Assembly (NCBI GenBank): GCA_965644315.1 | Contig: CBFFRQ010000013.1 | Location: 919,775-983,774, forward strand | DNA length: 64,000 nt | Direction of reading: 5' to 3' | DNA from: Caecitellus pseudoparvulus | Taxonomy: Eukaryota; Protista; Bigyra: Bicosoecida | Program-made: the position numbers and the translations under genes | Shown: piece by piece, positions 45,201 to 52,958 of the stretch | How the letters are laid out: each line of letters starts with the position of its first letter | How positions within the stretch are numbered: the stretch's first letter is position 1 | Notes under the pieces: generated by a model | What the model saw: only the letters and a program-made list of their open reading frames with translations | Databases searched by the model: none | What the model was told of the DNA's origin: nothing

Positions 45201-46805
45201 ATTGCCTCGCGTTCTCGGGAGATGGAGGCCGCTGCAGCGCCTGCTGGCGGCAGCAAGAACGGCGAAACGACTCGGACTGATGGGGCAAGGAGTCTTCGCT
45301 CCGGATCCGAAGCATGGAAGCGAGTTTCAGTCGCAGCGAGGGTCGAACCGGTCAATGCGGCAGCTCAGCCAGCTTCTGAAGCGCCTTCCGGTCTCCTGGG
45401 CACTGCCCTGTCCATGCTCCGTACGCCAAAGTTGCACTTGGGAAACACTGCGGAAGTCGGCGATCCAACTGTTGCGTCCCATCGCTTGCAGCACTTTGTG
45501 GATTCCTTGTTGGGCGACCAGGAACAAGCCCGAAGCTCTCCAGCTTCGCCGCATCTTGCGGAGGACGGATCTCCGGGTGACAGCGTTGGGAACCAGCCAG
45601 GCCGCGCCAGTGAGCCGCTGGAGGCGGGTGACGCGGGAGGTTGCGGGGAAACCGTGGGAATCTCACATACAGATCACGTCACATGGTTTGTCCTCGCCCA
45701 ACGCCTTGCTCTGACAAGGTACAGGCTGCTCATTGATGCCCGAGAGAAGAAGGTCTCCTCGCTTGTCCAGCCACGAAGGCAGCGTGCGTGGGAAGGGTAC
45801 TCCATCCAGCGAACAGCAGACGTGGCGGTACAGGGAGAGGCCATGGAGCTGTCTGCACAACTGGGCACGCTGCGCAACCTGCTCGGGCTGCCCCCCCACA
45901 CAACGCTTGCCGAACTGCATCGACGGCTGCGGGCAGAGGCTCACCTAGGAGAGCTGCAGCTCCTGCAAGTTCAGCATGACAAAGCAGAGGCGCGGGCCCA
46001 GGCCATGTACAGCAGATTGGCGGACGCTGAAGCCATGGCCGTTTCATCCATGCACAAGACACACGCGACATCCCACAGGGCTGGGCTTGCAGCAGAAGCT
46101 GCCCGACTGCGCGACGGGATCTGGACCCAGGCCGCCACCGACCTGCACATGCAGATGCACAAAGCTGATTCCCTCGCACAGAGCGCAGGCCAAGACAAGG
46201 CGGCGGTGTTTGCGGCCGGCATCTCTGCGAACACATTCGTGCCCCTCCCTCAAGCCAGGGGATCAGCCGCAGGGCGCGTCAAGATGAAGCACACCACGGC
46301 TGGGAAAGAAGGACCGTCCAACTCGGCAGATGCGACCTTGCGGCGTACAAGGAAGGGGGGCGTGGACGTGGCTGAAAGGCGGCAGGCGCCTCGGCCTCCA
46401 ACTCACGACCACAGCTTGAAGCCAACCTCACTTCGTGCTCGTGGGCGACATGCATCACGAGGATGGTCGCCGGTCCGACCGTCAACCACACAGTCTGGCA
46501 CCGTTGCTGGACGAGCAAGGTCAACGAGTGTGGGCTTGACAGAGCGTGGAGTGGAAAGGGAGTTGTGCACCGATGTGCTGAGAGAAGGGGTCGCTACGGC
46601 GGCCCAAGTCGGGGCGCTTGAATTGGGCACCCGCTTGAAAGGATCGAGCACTTCTCAGCGTTGGACATGGCAGCGAAGATCAAACCCAAGTCCCCGGCAG
46701 CCGACCAGGCTGCAGGGCACTCCATATGGGCGCAAGCTCGTGGGTGTCGCAACTGAAAGAAGCAAGGAGATGTCCAGGCCAAAATCGGCTTCGCTTGTGC
46801 GTTGA
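39210..46805 (+). CDS. Very large protein with a calcineurin-B/recoverin-like EF-hand region and C-terminal coiled coil
   Basis: 7.6-kb uninterrupted frame with LTKEEF..FM...RLFDVMNLNADGMLGFDELVCGL......LRDRLQLWFS and other degenerate EF-hand-like segments. The true start is probably a short upstream exon (ATG 39032 or 39044). Confidence 0.7.
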   Translation: MVTVGVSVAGQPGQGEHGRVQRPSQVSSLRLAGTSSEGTAPATLHVSRLRFLELFSLVGTASPAPLLGPARALAGADSEPARRRSRRSLRASRGSFSSSKRRSSTTSSSSTIVSRQHSGAESQAEATAGRPAIGPMTHEAAARMEAQADEAALRSFTGGVVRGSGATDILLGDRLLSLGVPGLHVGSEAALDAVMQDGDSTVRSTADVHIPQALEAALLPHSKESFVTLPKRMFSAFAGVASAGVELHGDVADARLVAAALVLACDATIEDRCALLFRLVAPVHSQWLGADHVKDMLCLILGAARVLGLSSHSPDNERGGALASTVESAFRTSGKVFVPSVQPGGAGSEEAAVDTASSGRDMSAGRHAALKAKGRYLLKRVAQLDGETLGADASTIPGSSRSGEPVTGEETTISNAFVSTALQEKQIGTVLASQHAAPAPPKGYIAVPYLGVRPRSSPMAPPGASLSAMLWGSGEHAQKPHLSVQGLIQWCHTSRPVRTFLRSVESVRSGVLLGHGVYGSPLVRDAVRHVLAVKDTVSEPITAIRAALLTSAAERAPSAGALPGVVRARSPDAELQSLPRGTPITAASSPGRHEDSVRADLSPGGLVEGAQVIAAAESTSAAPLEPALLSNGSLTELDRKQRYMPPLTLDRLVDIATENDLHVFSTHGVMQLSMSQLYALRFLFALVAGSSGVRLKSERRPVLSQERSALLLSEQRSALQRKTEHEAKDPGPHKVQPERLEFVTVWYRNVLTKEEFVVFMREHLASKCSEAMLGRLFDVMNLNADGMLGFDELVCGLGCLQCAGLRDRLQLWFSILECPPPEGKCQGPTASPYSAASINQDADRGSSATPGSGSCGDQASLAASGLLRGTSTLESTGTSKLEQCFVQVSEVLQLIRDADSVSEWPHLQTLRIIRQQHLATWRERVLHRFQFQQLPSLLADTLEVTDTLSVFTRRKGTSEVGSPEPEPATSLGADAAIADPAALRGTGLWDDASFPHHTPAGLGQPALGASYPGGGSVNVDGEPDEVLRETLHVTWEDFAAELCAGVSGGGGTTITQLELATCIVREPGLLDVLTRSLLWGLFYPPDHTCATPATSTHESGGAAAQAAMLKDLIARRFALTSEDADERAEVAAMARGALAAAGAPRPISFPFTNALFARRAGAAAARTIKKREKISVSLFSTLQPKPLLQYWREVGAAQQQREPDAAQSLAAEQQEAGAKEASGEDRVEQTASTVIGVPLFHVPALTVACVHAATQVSRAEWLARPVAKVQVPTSPSKRLKFAPMSMQRDVHVAGLDAADPSAKTGEAHVDDRAPPLAQASVRVYAGSAASTPLVAFPKNWAGMETMVRSLPQEGPVPGVSKGMFQRLLATRFDGARGDALLLAPLWRAYAHDLALPGSSSLDMMALLANLNMVLHSVAPLDAVATLVFHLLEHRGSGKVWRQDLLRIAAQVFVCCVPSTERDAAQLLAQQQLEARRRTGRPRSSSAVSRSRQRGRRSSLLSAIKNRGEVVGDGESTTQRTADFALDPEDRRGELLRRVMASFPSFAEELVVLLHHPRLWSPSWRNEYKAAQEKAEQAARRCYLKYLSPAKLGPGDEAPASSPARGRAEGHTGLGGRRATSGRSSFSVGRRLVRSRRRAHALAKRERVARVGLAREPKPRSTEDPTAHVSGERQANSVSERERKEGTQSETEQTSSRFSDTLSGAALHAWGGAPQRLRSQEVHEAQARLKKSRIQKQYALTFATPKQVNTEEARAASAVLEQAQADGRHGLEASPPQQRGSHTGPQGAATVRIARRAPPGSFTKRQFLALCRFNPAIPLLLAVMLGVQPCQSAVEAEPRTPAWQKAQTRMISFEALSKPSKSKSGQRSEFDEDEPGIRPAARESTSSRQPLRSALSPHQRRVKRPAYSPQEAELIKDATSHAEQEARKLLSQDLLSAEQQNFKDTGRSEGVQSNGSQVAGDDPDLPDWIKRMQAHAEAAMLANDPKVAFLMQLQRRFRIASRSREMEAAAAPAGGSKNGETTRTDGARSLRSGSEAWKRVSVAARVEPVNAAAQPASEAPSGLLGTALSMLRTPKLHLGNTAEVGDPTVASHRLQHFVDSLLGDQEQARSSPASPHLAEDGSPGDSVGNQPGRASEPLEAGDAGGCGETVGISHTDHVTWFVLAQRLALTRYRLLIDAREKKVSSLVQPRRQRAWEGYSIQRTADVAVQGEAMELSAQLGTLRNLLGLPPHTTLAELHRRLRAEAHLGELQLLQVQHDKAEARAQAMYSRLADAEAMAVSSMHKTHATSHRAGLAAEAARLRDGIWTQAATDLHMQMHKADSLAQSAGQDKAAVFAAGISANTFVPLPQARGSAAGRVKMKHTTAGKEGPSNSADATLRRTRKGGVDVAERRQAPRPPTHDHSLKPTSLRARGRHASRGWSPVRPSTTQSGTVAGRARSTSVGLTERGVERELCTDVLREGVATAAQVGALELGTRLKGSSTSQRWTWQRRSNPSPRQPTRLQGTPYGRKLVGVATERSKEMSRPKSASLVR

Positions 46806-47737
46806 TGCATTGTGACTCCTTTGGGGTGTTGTGATGAAAGTGTGGTAGCACAAGGGGTCAAGAAGGTGGGATACGGTGAGGGTGGTATAATACGCAAGTT
46901 TAAGCTTGCCTTGAAAGACGGGAATGCGCTGCATTACAAGTTCGGCTCAGGCGTGGTTTCTCGTGCCAGTCAAGATGCCCAACTGTTGAGCTCTGCTTTG
47001 AACTCCACGTCATGGGGTCGCCTTTGCTTGCTTGGGGCAAATGGGAGGATCGGCACTACAAAGAAACAGGAATCTTTGTTTGATGCTGTCCCTCTGACAA
47101 CGCTGGGCTGTGCACAAGTGTTGAAATGGAGGTGCTTGGTTCATGACACGCCGCGCACCATCAGCGTTGCAAGAGCAAGCTCGCCGAGGAGCAGTTCGAA
47201 CTGGCTGAGTCTCGGAGTGAGCTGGAATGCTCAAAAGCATGCACAGTTTGAGTTCCCAGATAAGTTCCATGTCTCTGAAGCTCGGAGGAGTGGTTCAGGT
47301 CGAGGCAACGCAAGTACAACGGAAACCAGCGCGAGGTTGAGTGTGCGCCCTACACAAGGGGGTGCTGAAGGTCGCCAGTCAACTTCCCGTTGTACTATAC
47401 ATTGAACTGTATTCTCATTCACATGAAGGCTGGTCTTCTGTCTTCAGTCGAAAGACTCACTGTGTTGACTGGGTTGAGGGAGATCGTTGAGCTGCGGAAG
47501 TTGAACTTCGTCCTCCCATCACTCCGGACCTTCATCGGCCTTGTGCACGCACGTTTTGGATACTTGCACACCTTTCTGGGGTTTCTTTCGCTGCTGTTGC
47601 TATTTTGCCCCAATGGTGCGTGCTTTCGCGACTATGGAGTGTCGTGCACAGCGTTGGAAGTATCAGTTTGGCGCTGGCACTTGTACTTGCACCCGGCACT
47701 TGGATGCCAGCGCTGCCCCTTTGTCAAGTGCACTCTC

Positions 47738-50700
47738 ATGATCAAGTCCGCCCCGCAGGATGTAACGATTGCACATGCTGAGGCCCACGCCGGAGCTGGC
47801 GGGGGTGCTACTCTTGGAAGCTTGCCGCGTGAAGTGATCGATGGGCTGGACAAGCTGCGATGCCTGCCAGGCTGGCCAACAAAGCGAGTTGATGCTCTGC
47901 GCGGCTCAGAAGCCACTGAGAAGGTGGAAACCTCGGCCGGAGAAGAGTCGAGTGCCATAGGGAATCGTGAAGTGGTACGTCTGCTTCAGGATGTTGGGAT
48001 GGCGCTGTTGGATCAGGCTCGCCTCTTGCAAGGGCAGCGCGAGCGAGAAGAAGTATGCCCTGCGTTGCGGTACTTGTCTATCCGTTGCTTCGCTGCGATT
48101 GAGATGCTGCATCAAGTTGGGTCCTGTGCCAGCCCTCATCTCGTGCCGGATGGTGAAGCAATGTGGGGTCCGATGGTGGAGGCTTGGAGCAGCGTACGCG
48201 CCGGACCAGGGCCAGTCGAAGGCGTACTTGCAGATCTTACTCGGTGGTGGTTGGACCGCAAGGCGAGAGGTGTGGCACCTGTTCCCTTTGGGGATGTTTC
48301 CTTGGCAAGTGCTGCAGGAAATACGGCAATCACGGAGGCAGTCACTTCGTTGGGCCGACAAGCAAGTTGGCTTCGTGGATCTGCAGCTGGGCCTATGCAG
48401 TGTGAAGCAGCTGCCAATCAAATTGATCTTGCCGCCTGTGCTGTTCAAAGGTTTCAGGGACTCGTGGGGTCTGCAGGGGCCGTGGATGTGGACGCACTTC
48501 CCCGTGAGGATGGTCTGAACGTGCCAGACGAGCTCAGCTGTTTTACTGCTAAGGACGCGTGCGTTTTCAGCAGCAAAGTCGCACCCGCCGGATCAGAAAG
48601 CAAGAATGTGGAAAAGATCTGCCAATTGGCTCTGCAGCTGCGGAGTGGTTCCGAGGCTCTTGCCCAATGTGCAGGGGGCGTGGCAAAAGCTGAGGCGGCC
48701 CGCATCGCTTTGGGTTTGCCACGCTTTGCCCAAGTACTGCAAAGCGTTGCATTCAGTTCCACGTCACCAGACGAACTCAAGTCATACCAACAAGGTGTTG
48801 GAGATGTTGCGGCAGTGCAGATGCATGGCGAGCGCTGCTGGCCCCTGAGCCGAATGCTGCAAGACGAGGCATGGGGAGACGTTGACAGTGGATCCAAGGA
48901 GTTGTTGTGTGTTCAGGTATTTGGAAGCCTTGCTGTTGCAGAGGTTTGTGGAGTGAAGGTAGACAGTGCCTGCGTGGCTGATTTTGTGGTCGTTGGCCTC
49001 AGCACATGCAGTGTTGGGAGTTTTGTCGAGTCTTTGAGGTCAAGGCGCTGTCATGTGCTCCTCAGTGCCTGCTCAAAGATTTGGGCTGGCCATGCTGCAG
49101 GAGTTTTTCGGGAAAAGGGGGCAGCGCTTGCGCGAGCTATTCTTGGAGCTGGGACTGGGTCAGAAGGGACGATGCAGGAGTCCACATCCTTCGACGATAG
49201 CGACTCCAGTGCCTGGCGAGCAGCCTTGTCAGCCTTTGAAAGGGATTCAATTGCCAACTTTGCAGACTTGTACGCTCTTGTGTTTCTGTCTTGTAAGCTG
49301 AACCGTGGCAGCGTTGAGTCCCTTGAAGAGAGGCTTCGAGCTATTGGGGCTCGGAGCATGAGCATGGCCAGGCAGCAGATGGAACACAGCTGGGCCGCCC
49401 AAGAATCATCCTTCATCACTGCGTGCCGAACGGGCGACGTAGCTTTGCTCCGGCAGCTGCTTGCGCTAGAAGGAGACGAGGCAGTGGGCGTGCATGCGAG
49501 TATCGCGGTGGAACTTGAGGCAGCCTTTTGTTGGGCATGCCACAATGGCCACCTTTGCACTGTACGCGAGCTTCTTGGGTTAACAGGCAAGCGAGAAGTT
49601 GATGTACATGCCGGCAGTAGGTTCGGGTCCGAAGCTGGCTTTCGACTTGCATGCCGAGAAGGCCATGTCGAGGTGGTGAAGGAGCTGCTGGCGTTGAAGG
49701 GGCACCGGGAGATCGATGTGCATGCTGGCGATGATGGCGGATTCCGGCTCGCATGCAAGCGGAGTCATGTAGCTGTTGTGCGTGAGCTCTTGCGGCTTGA
49801 AGGTGGTCGTGCCATTGACTTACGCGCCCATGGGGACCAGTGGCTCAGGTGGGCGTGCGATCATTGCAGCTTCAATGTCGTCTGCGAGCTGCTGACGCAT
49901 TGCACTTCATTGGCGGGCAAGGGGCATGCACGGCACCGAACGCAGGGCAGTGAACAGTCCAGTACAGAGTCAGGTACAGCTGGAAGTGCAACAGGAAGGG
50001 ATTCAGCCACTCAGCCTTTGTTGGACGAACGTGTAGCTAGGTTGGAGAGCAGCGCCCGTGACGGTCTTTCGTTGACACTGCAAGAAAAGGTGGCTCAGCT
50101 TCGTAGAATCGTAGAAGCGGCTGCTCCTTATGTCCATCAAATGGACCACGGGAGCAGCACGGCAAGCTCTGAACCCGCAGCAGACTGTGCAACACCTTGC
50201 AGTGGTAAGCGTTCCATCACTGAAGAGCCAGAAGTGGGATTTGAATCCAAGCAGCAGCAAGCTGCCGGAACACCAAGGATTTCAGTAGCGCAAATCCGAA
50301 ATAGGAAGGCTGCTGCGGATGCGCTGGTGTGGACGGGTGAGGAAGGACGCGCCACAGAAGCGACCGCCATATCCCCGGGAAATGCGTTCGTAGATGAGAG
50401 TGAGGCGACTACAACAGGAACCGAGACTTCTCCAGTATACAAGGCAAGAAGCGTGGGTGCAGGCAAGAACACCCACGCGCATTTGCGAATTGATCTACGC
50501 TCTTGCGATCGTCGCGCTCACGAGTGGGATTTCCCTGCGACTCCCAAAGTCTCCAGTGGGTTGTCCGTGAAGCTTGGCCTTGGGCAAAGCAAGTCCAAGG
50601 GTCTGGACCCAGAGAAGTACATGACTGCTATCAAGTCAGGCAACACAATTGCTCCGTCGGGCGATCCTGAGATTGACGATGATCACAGCGAAGCGCCTAT

Positions 50701-52756
50701 GCGTGGCGACAGTGACACTGTTTCAGATCACCTACAAGCAGCACAGCAGGGAGACGCTACGGAACAGGTATACTTGGGCGTCATGTACAAACATGGCAGA
50801 GGTGTGGCCAGGGATGAATGTGAGGCTGTCCGGTGGTTCAGCGCAGCTGCCGAGCAGGGACTCGCGTTGGGACAAACCAAGCTGGGAATCATGCTCAGAA
50901 CAGGGGTTGGTGTGAGCAAGAATGAGAGCGAGGCTGTTCGTTGGTTCAAAGCTGCAGCAGAGCAGGGCCATGCAGCTGGGCAAGTCAACTTGGGCGACAT
51001 GTACAGGTACGGCAAGGGCGTTGGGAAAGATGTAGGTCAAGCTGTGCGGTGGTATCGGGCAGCAGCTGAGCAGGGGCATCCGCGAGGACAAATCAATCTT
51101 GGGCGAATGTATGCCAGCGGCAGGGGCGTGCCGAAGAATGAGAGTGAGGCTGTGCTGTGGTATCGGGCAGCGGCTGACCAGGGGCATGCAAAGGGGCAGG
51201 TCAAGCTCGGCCGCATGCTCGAGTTCGGCACGGGTGTGGCCAAGGACGAAGCCGAAGCTGTGCGGTGGTATCGGGCAGCAGCGGAGCAAGGAGATGCACG
51301 CGGTCAAGTTAACCTGGGCATAAAGCTCGTCTTTGGCTCTGGCGTGGCCAAGGATGATGCCGAGGCTGTGCGTTGGTTAAGGGCAGCTGCTGAGCAGGGG
51401 CATGCACATGGGCAAGGCAGTTTGGGCACGATGTACGAGTATGGCAGGGGTGTAGAGCAGGACGAAGCCGAGGCTGTGCGGTGGTACCGGGCAGCAGCGG
51501 AGCAGGGTGATGCCCTTGGTCAGTGCAATCTGGCCAACATGTATGGGTTTGGCAAAGGGGTGGAGAAGGACGACGCGGAGGCTGTGCGGTGGTACACGGA
51601 AGCTGCCGGAAAAGGAGTAGCTGATGCACAGTGCTACCTAGGCACGATGTACTCCAACAGCTGGGGCGTGGACCAGGATGAAGTTGAAGCTGTCCGGTGG
51701 TACAGAGCAGCTGCTGCCCAGGGGCACACAGAAGGGCTATGCAACCTTGGGGATGCGCTTGCTCATGGGATTGGTGTGGAGCAGGATGAAACTGAAGCAG
51801 TTCGCTGCTACGAAGCAGCGGCCGGGCAGGGGGACTCAGACGGGCAGTGCAACCTCGGCATTATGTATGAGTACGGTAGGGGAGTGGAGAAAAACGAGGC
51901 AATGGCCGCTGAGTTGTATAGCGCAGCAGCTTTGCAAGGAAATGAGCTTGGCCAGTACTATCTGGGCACGATGTACGAACACGGAAGTGGTGTGGCAAAA
52001 GACGAAGCAGAAGCTGTACATTGGTACAGGGCAGCGGCCGAGCAGGGTCACGCGGATGGGCAGGTCAGTCTGGGCACTATGTACGAGGAGGGAAGGGGTG
52101 TGGAGATGGATGAAGGTGAAGCTTTGCGCTGGTACAGGGCAGCGGCAGAGCAAGGAAATGGGCTTGGGCAGTGCAAATTGGGAATGTTGTATGAGTATGG
52201 CAAGGGAGTGGAAAAGGATGAGGGAGAGGCACTGAAGTGGTACACGGCAGCGGCTGAGCAAGGCGACGAATTTGGCCAATGGTACCTTGGTATCATGTAC
52301 TCGACCGGCAGAGGTGTAGAAGTTAACGAAGCTGAGGCAGTGCGCTGGTCCAGGGCAGCGGCTGAGCAAGGACATGCCGATGGACAGTGCGACCTAGGCT
52401 TGATGCTTGAGTTCGGCAAGGGTGTGGAGAAAGATCACATTGAAGCTGCAAAGTGGTACAGAGAAGCAGCCGATCAAGGTCATGCCCACGGGCAGTGTTA
52501 TCTGGGCACCATGCATGAGCATGGAAAGGGTGTGGACCAGGATTTCGCCGAAGCGGCAAAGTGGTACAGAGCCGCGGCCGAACAAGGACACGCGGGGGCT
52601 CAGTGCCTCCTTGGCAAGATGTACTCGGACGGTCGGGGCGTGGAGCAGGATGACGTTGAAGCCGTGCGGTGGTACAAGGCAGCAGCTGAGCAGGGAGATG
52701 AACTTGGGCAATTCTGCTTAGCGAAAATGCTCGAACATGGCACGAGTGCTGAATGA
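47738..52756 (+). CDS. Ankyrin-repeat plus Sel1-like-repeat protein; last host-type gene before the terminal array
   Basis: About five ankyrin repeats (FRLACREGHVEVVKELL...IDVHA), then 18 complete and one partial 36-aa Sel1 repeats (GQ.NLG.MY..G.GV.KD..EAVRWYRAAAEQG). Likely start MIKSAP at 47738. Confidence 0.9.
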   Translation: MIKSAPQDVTIAHAEAHAGAGGGATLGSLPREVIDGLDKLRCLPGWPTKRVDALRGSEATEKVETSAGEESSAIGNREVVRLLQDVGMALLDQARLLQGQREREEVCPALRYLSIRCFAAIEMLHQVGSCASPHLVPDGEAMWGPMVEAWSSVRAGPGPVEGVLADLTRWWLDRKARGVAPVPFGDVSLASAAGNTAITEAVTSLGRQASWLRGSAAGPMQCEAAANQIDLAACAVQRFQGLVGSAGAVDVDALPREDGLNVPDELSCFTAKDACVFSSKVAPAGSESKNVEKICQLALQLRSGSEALAQCAGGVAKAEAARIALGLPRFAQVLQSVAFSSTSPDELKSYQQGVGDVAAVQMHGERCWPLSRMLQDEAWGDVDSGSKELLCVQVFGSLAVAEVCGVKVDSACVADFVVVGLSTCSVGSFVESLRSRRCHVLLSACSKIWAGHAAGVFREKGAALARAILGAGTGSEGTMQESTSFDDSDSSAWRAALSAFERDSIANFADLYALVFLSCKLNRGSVESLEERLRAIGARSMSMARQQMEHSWAAQESSFITACRTGDVALLRQLLALEGDEAVGVHASIAVELEAAFCWACHNGHLCTVRELLGLTGKREVDVHAGSRFGSEAGFRLACREGHVEVVKELLALKGHREIDVHAGDDGGFRLACKRSHVAVVRELLRLEGGRAIDLRAHGDQWLRWACDHCSFNVVCELLTHCTSLAGKGHARHRTQGSEQSSTESGTAGSATGRDSATQPLLDERVARLESSARDGLSLTLQEKVAQLRRIVEAAAPYVHQMDHGSSTASSEPAADCATPCSGKRSITEEPEVGFESKQQQAAGTPRISVAQIRNRKAAADALVWTGEEGRATEATAISPGNAFVDESEATTTGTETSPVYKARSVGAGKNTHAHLRIDLRSCDRRAHEWDFPATPKVSSGLSVKLGLGQSKSKGLDPEKYMTAIKSGNTIAPSGDPEIDDDHSEAPMRGDSDTVSDHLQAAQQGDATEQVYLGVMYKHGRGVARDECEAVRWFSAAAEQGLALGQTKLGIMLRTGVGVSKNESEAVRWFKAAAEQGHAAGQVNLGDMYRYGKGVGKDVGQAVRWYRAAAEQGHPRGQINLGRMYASGRGVPKNESEAVLWYRAAADQGHAKGQVKLGRMLEFGTGVAKDEAEAVRWYRAAAEQGDARGQVNLGIKLVFGSGVAKDDAEAVRWLRAAAEQGHAHGQGSLGTMYEYGRGVEQDEAEAVRWYRAAAEQGDALGQCNLANMYGFGKGVEKDDAEAVRWYTEAAGKGVADAQCYLGTMYSNSWGVDQDEVEAVRWYRAAAAQGHTEGLCNLGDALAHGIGVEQDETEAVRCYEAAAGQGDSDGQCNLGIMYEYGRGVEKNEAMAAELYSAAALQGNELGQYYLGTMYEHGSGVAKDEAEAVHWYRAAAEQGHADGQVSLGTMYEEGRGVEMDEGEALRWYRAAAEQGNGLGQCKLGMLYEYGKGVEKDEGEALKWYTAAAEQGDEFGQWYLGIMYSTGRGVEVNEAEAVRWSRAAAEQGHADGQCDLGLMLEFGKGVEKDHIEAAKWYREAADQGHAHGQCYLGTMHEHGKGVDQDFAEAAKWYRAAAEQGHAGAQCLLGKMYSDGRGVEQDDVEAVRWYKAAAEQGDELGQFCLAKMLEHGTSAE
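50756..52741 (+). repeat. 108-nt coding tandem repeat (18.5 Sel1 units)
   Basis: Units counted from the translation. Confidence 0.9.
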
Positions 52757-52865
52757 TGCCTGGTCAGCTTGAAGCGTGAGAAGACTGCCTTGTTGACCAT
52801 GTGTGGTAGCCACTCGAGGAATCGAAGGTTGCCCCAACTGCAGGCAGCGTCATGTCTCAGCTCAA

Positions 52866-52923
52866 TAGGACTAAATGCAGTGCAAACTCTTGTTTTCACC
52901 ACACTCACCTCACAAACGCTCCT
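52866..52923 (-). mobile_element. Decayed ~60-bp remnant of the retrotransposon 3' terminus
   Basis: TAGGACTAAATGCAGTGCAAACTCTTGTTTTCA-CCACACTCACCTCACAAACGCTCCT aligns with 52955-53013 at about 50 of 59 positions by manual alignment. Confidence 0.7.
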
Positions 52924-52942
52924 GCGCCGCGCCATTTCGCCC

Positions 52943-52958
52943 TTAGGTTAGGGTTAGG
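52943..52958 (+). repeat. Interstitial telomeric relic TTAGG-TTAGGG-TTAGG
   Basis: Read directly; it lies at the 3' junction of the retrotransposon. Confidence 0.85.

Noticed and set aside
50756-52741. Regular repeats as a CRISPR array
   Set aside because: In-frame 108-nt Sel1 coding repeats with no repeat-spacer structure or cas genes, in a eukaryotic context.
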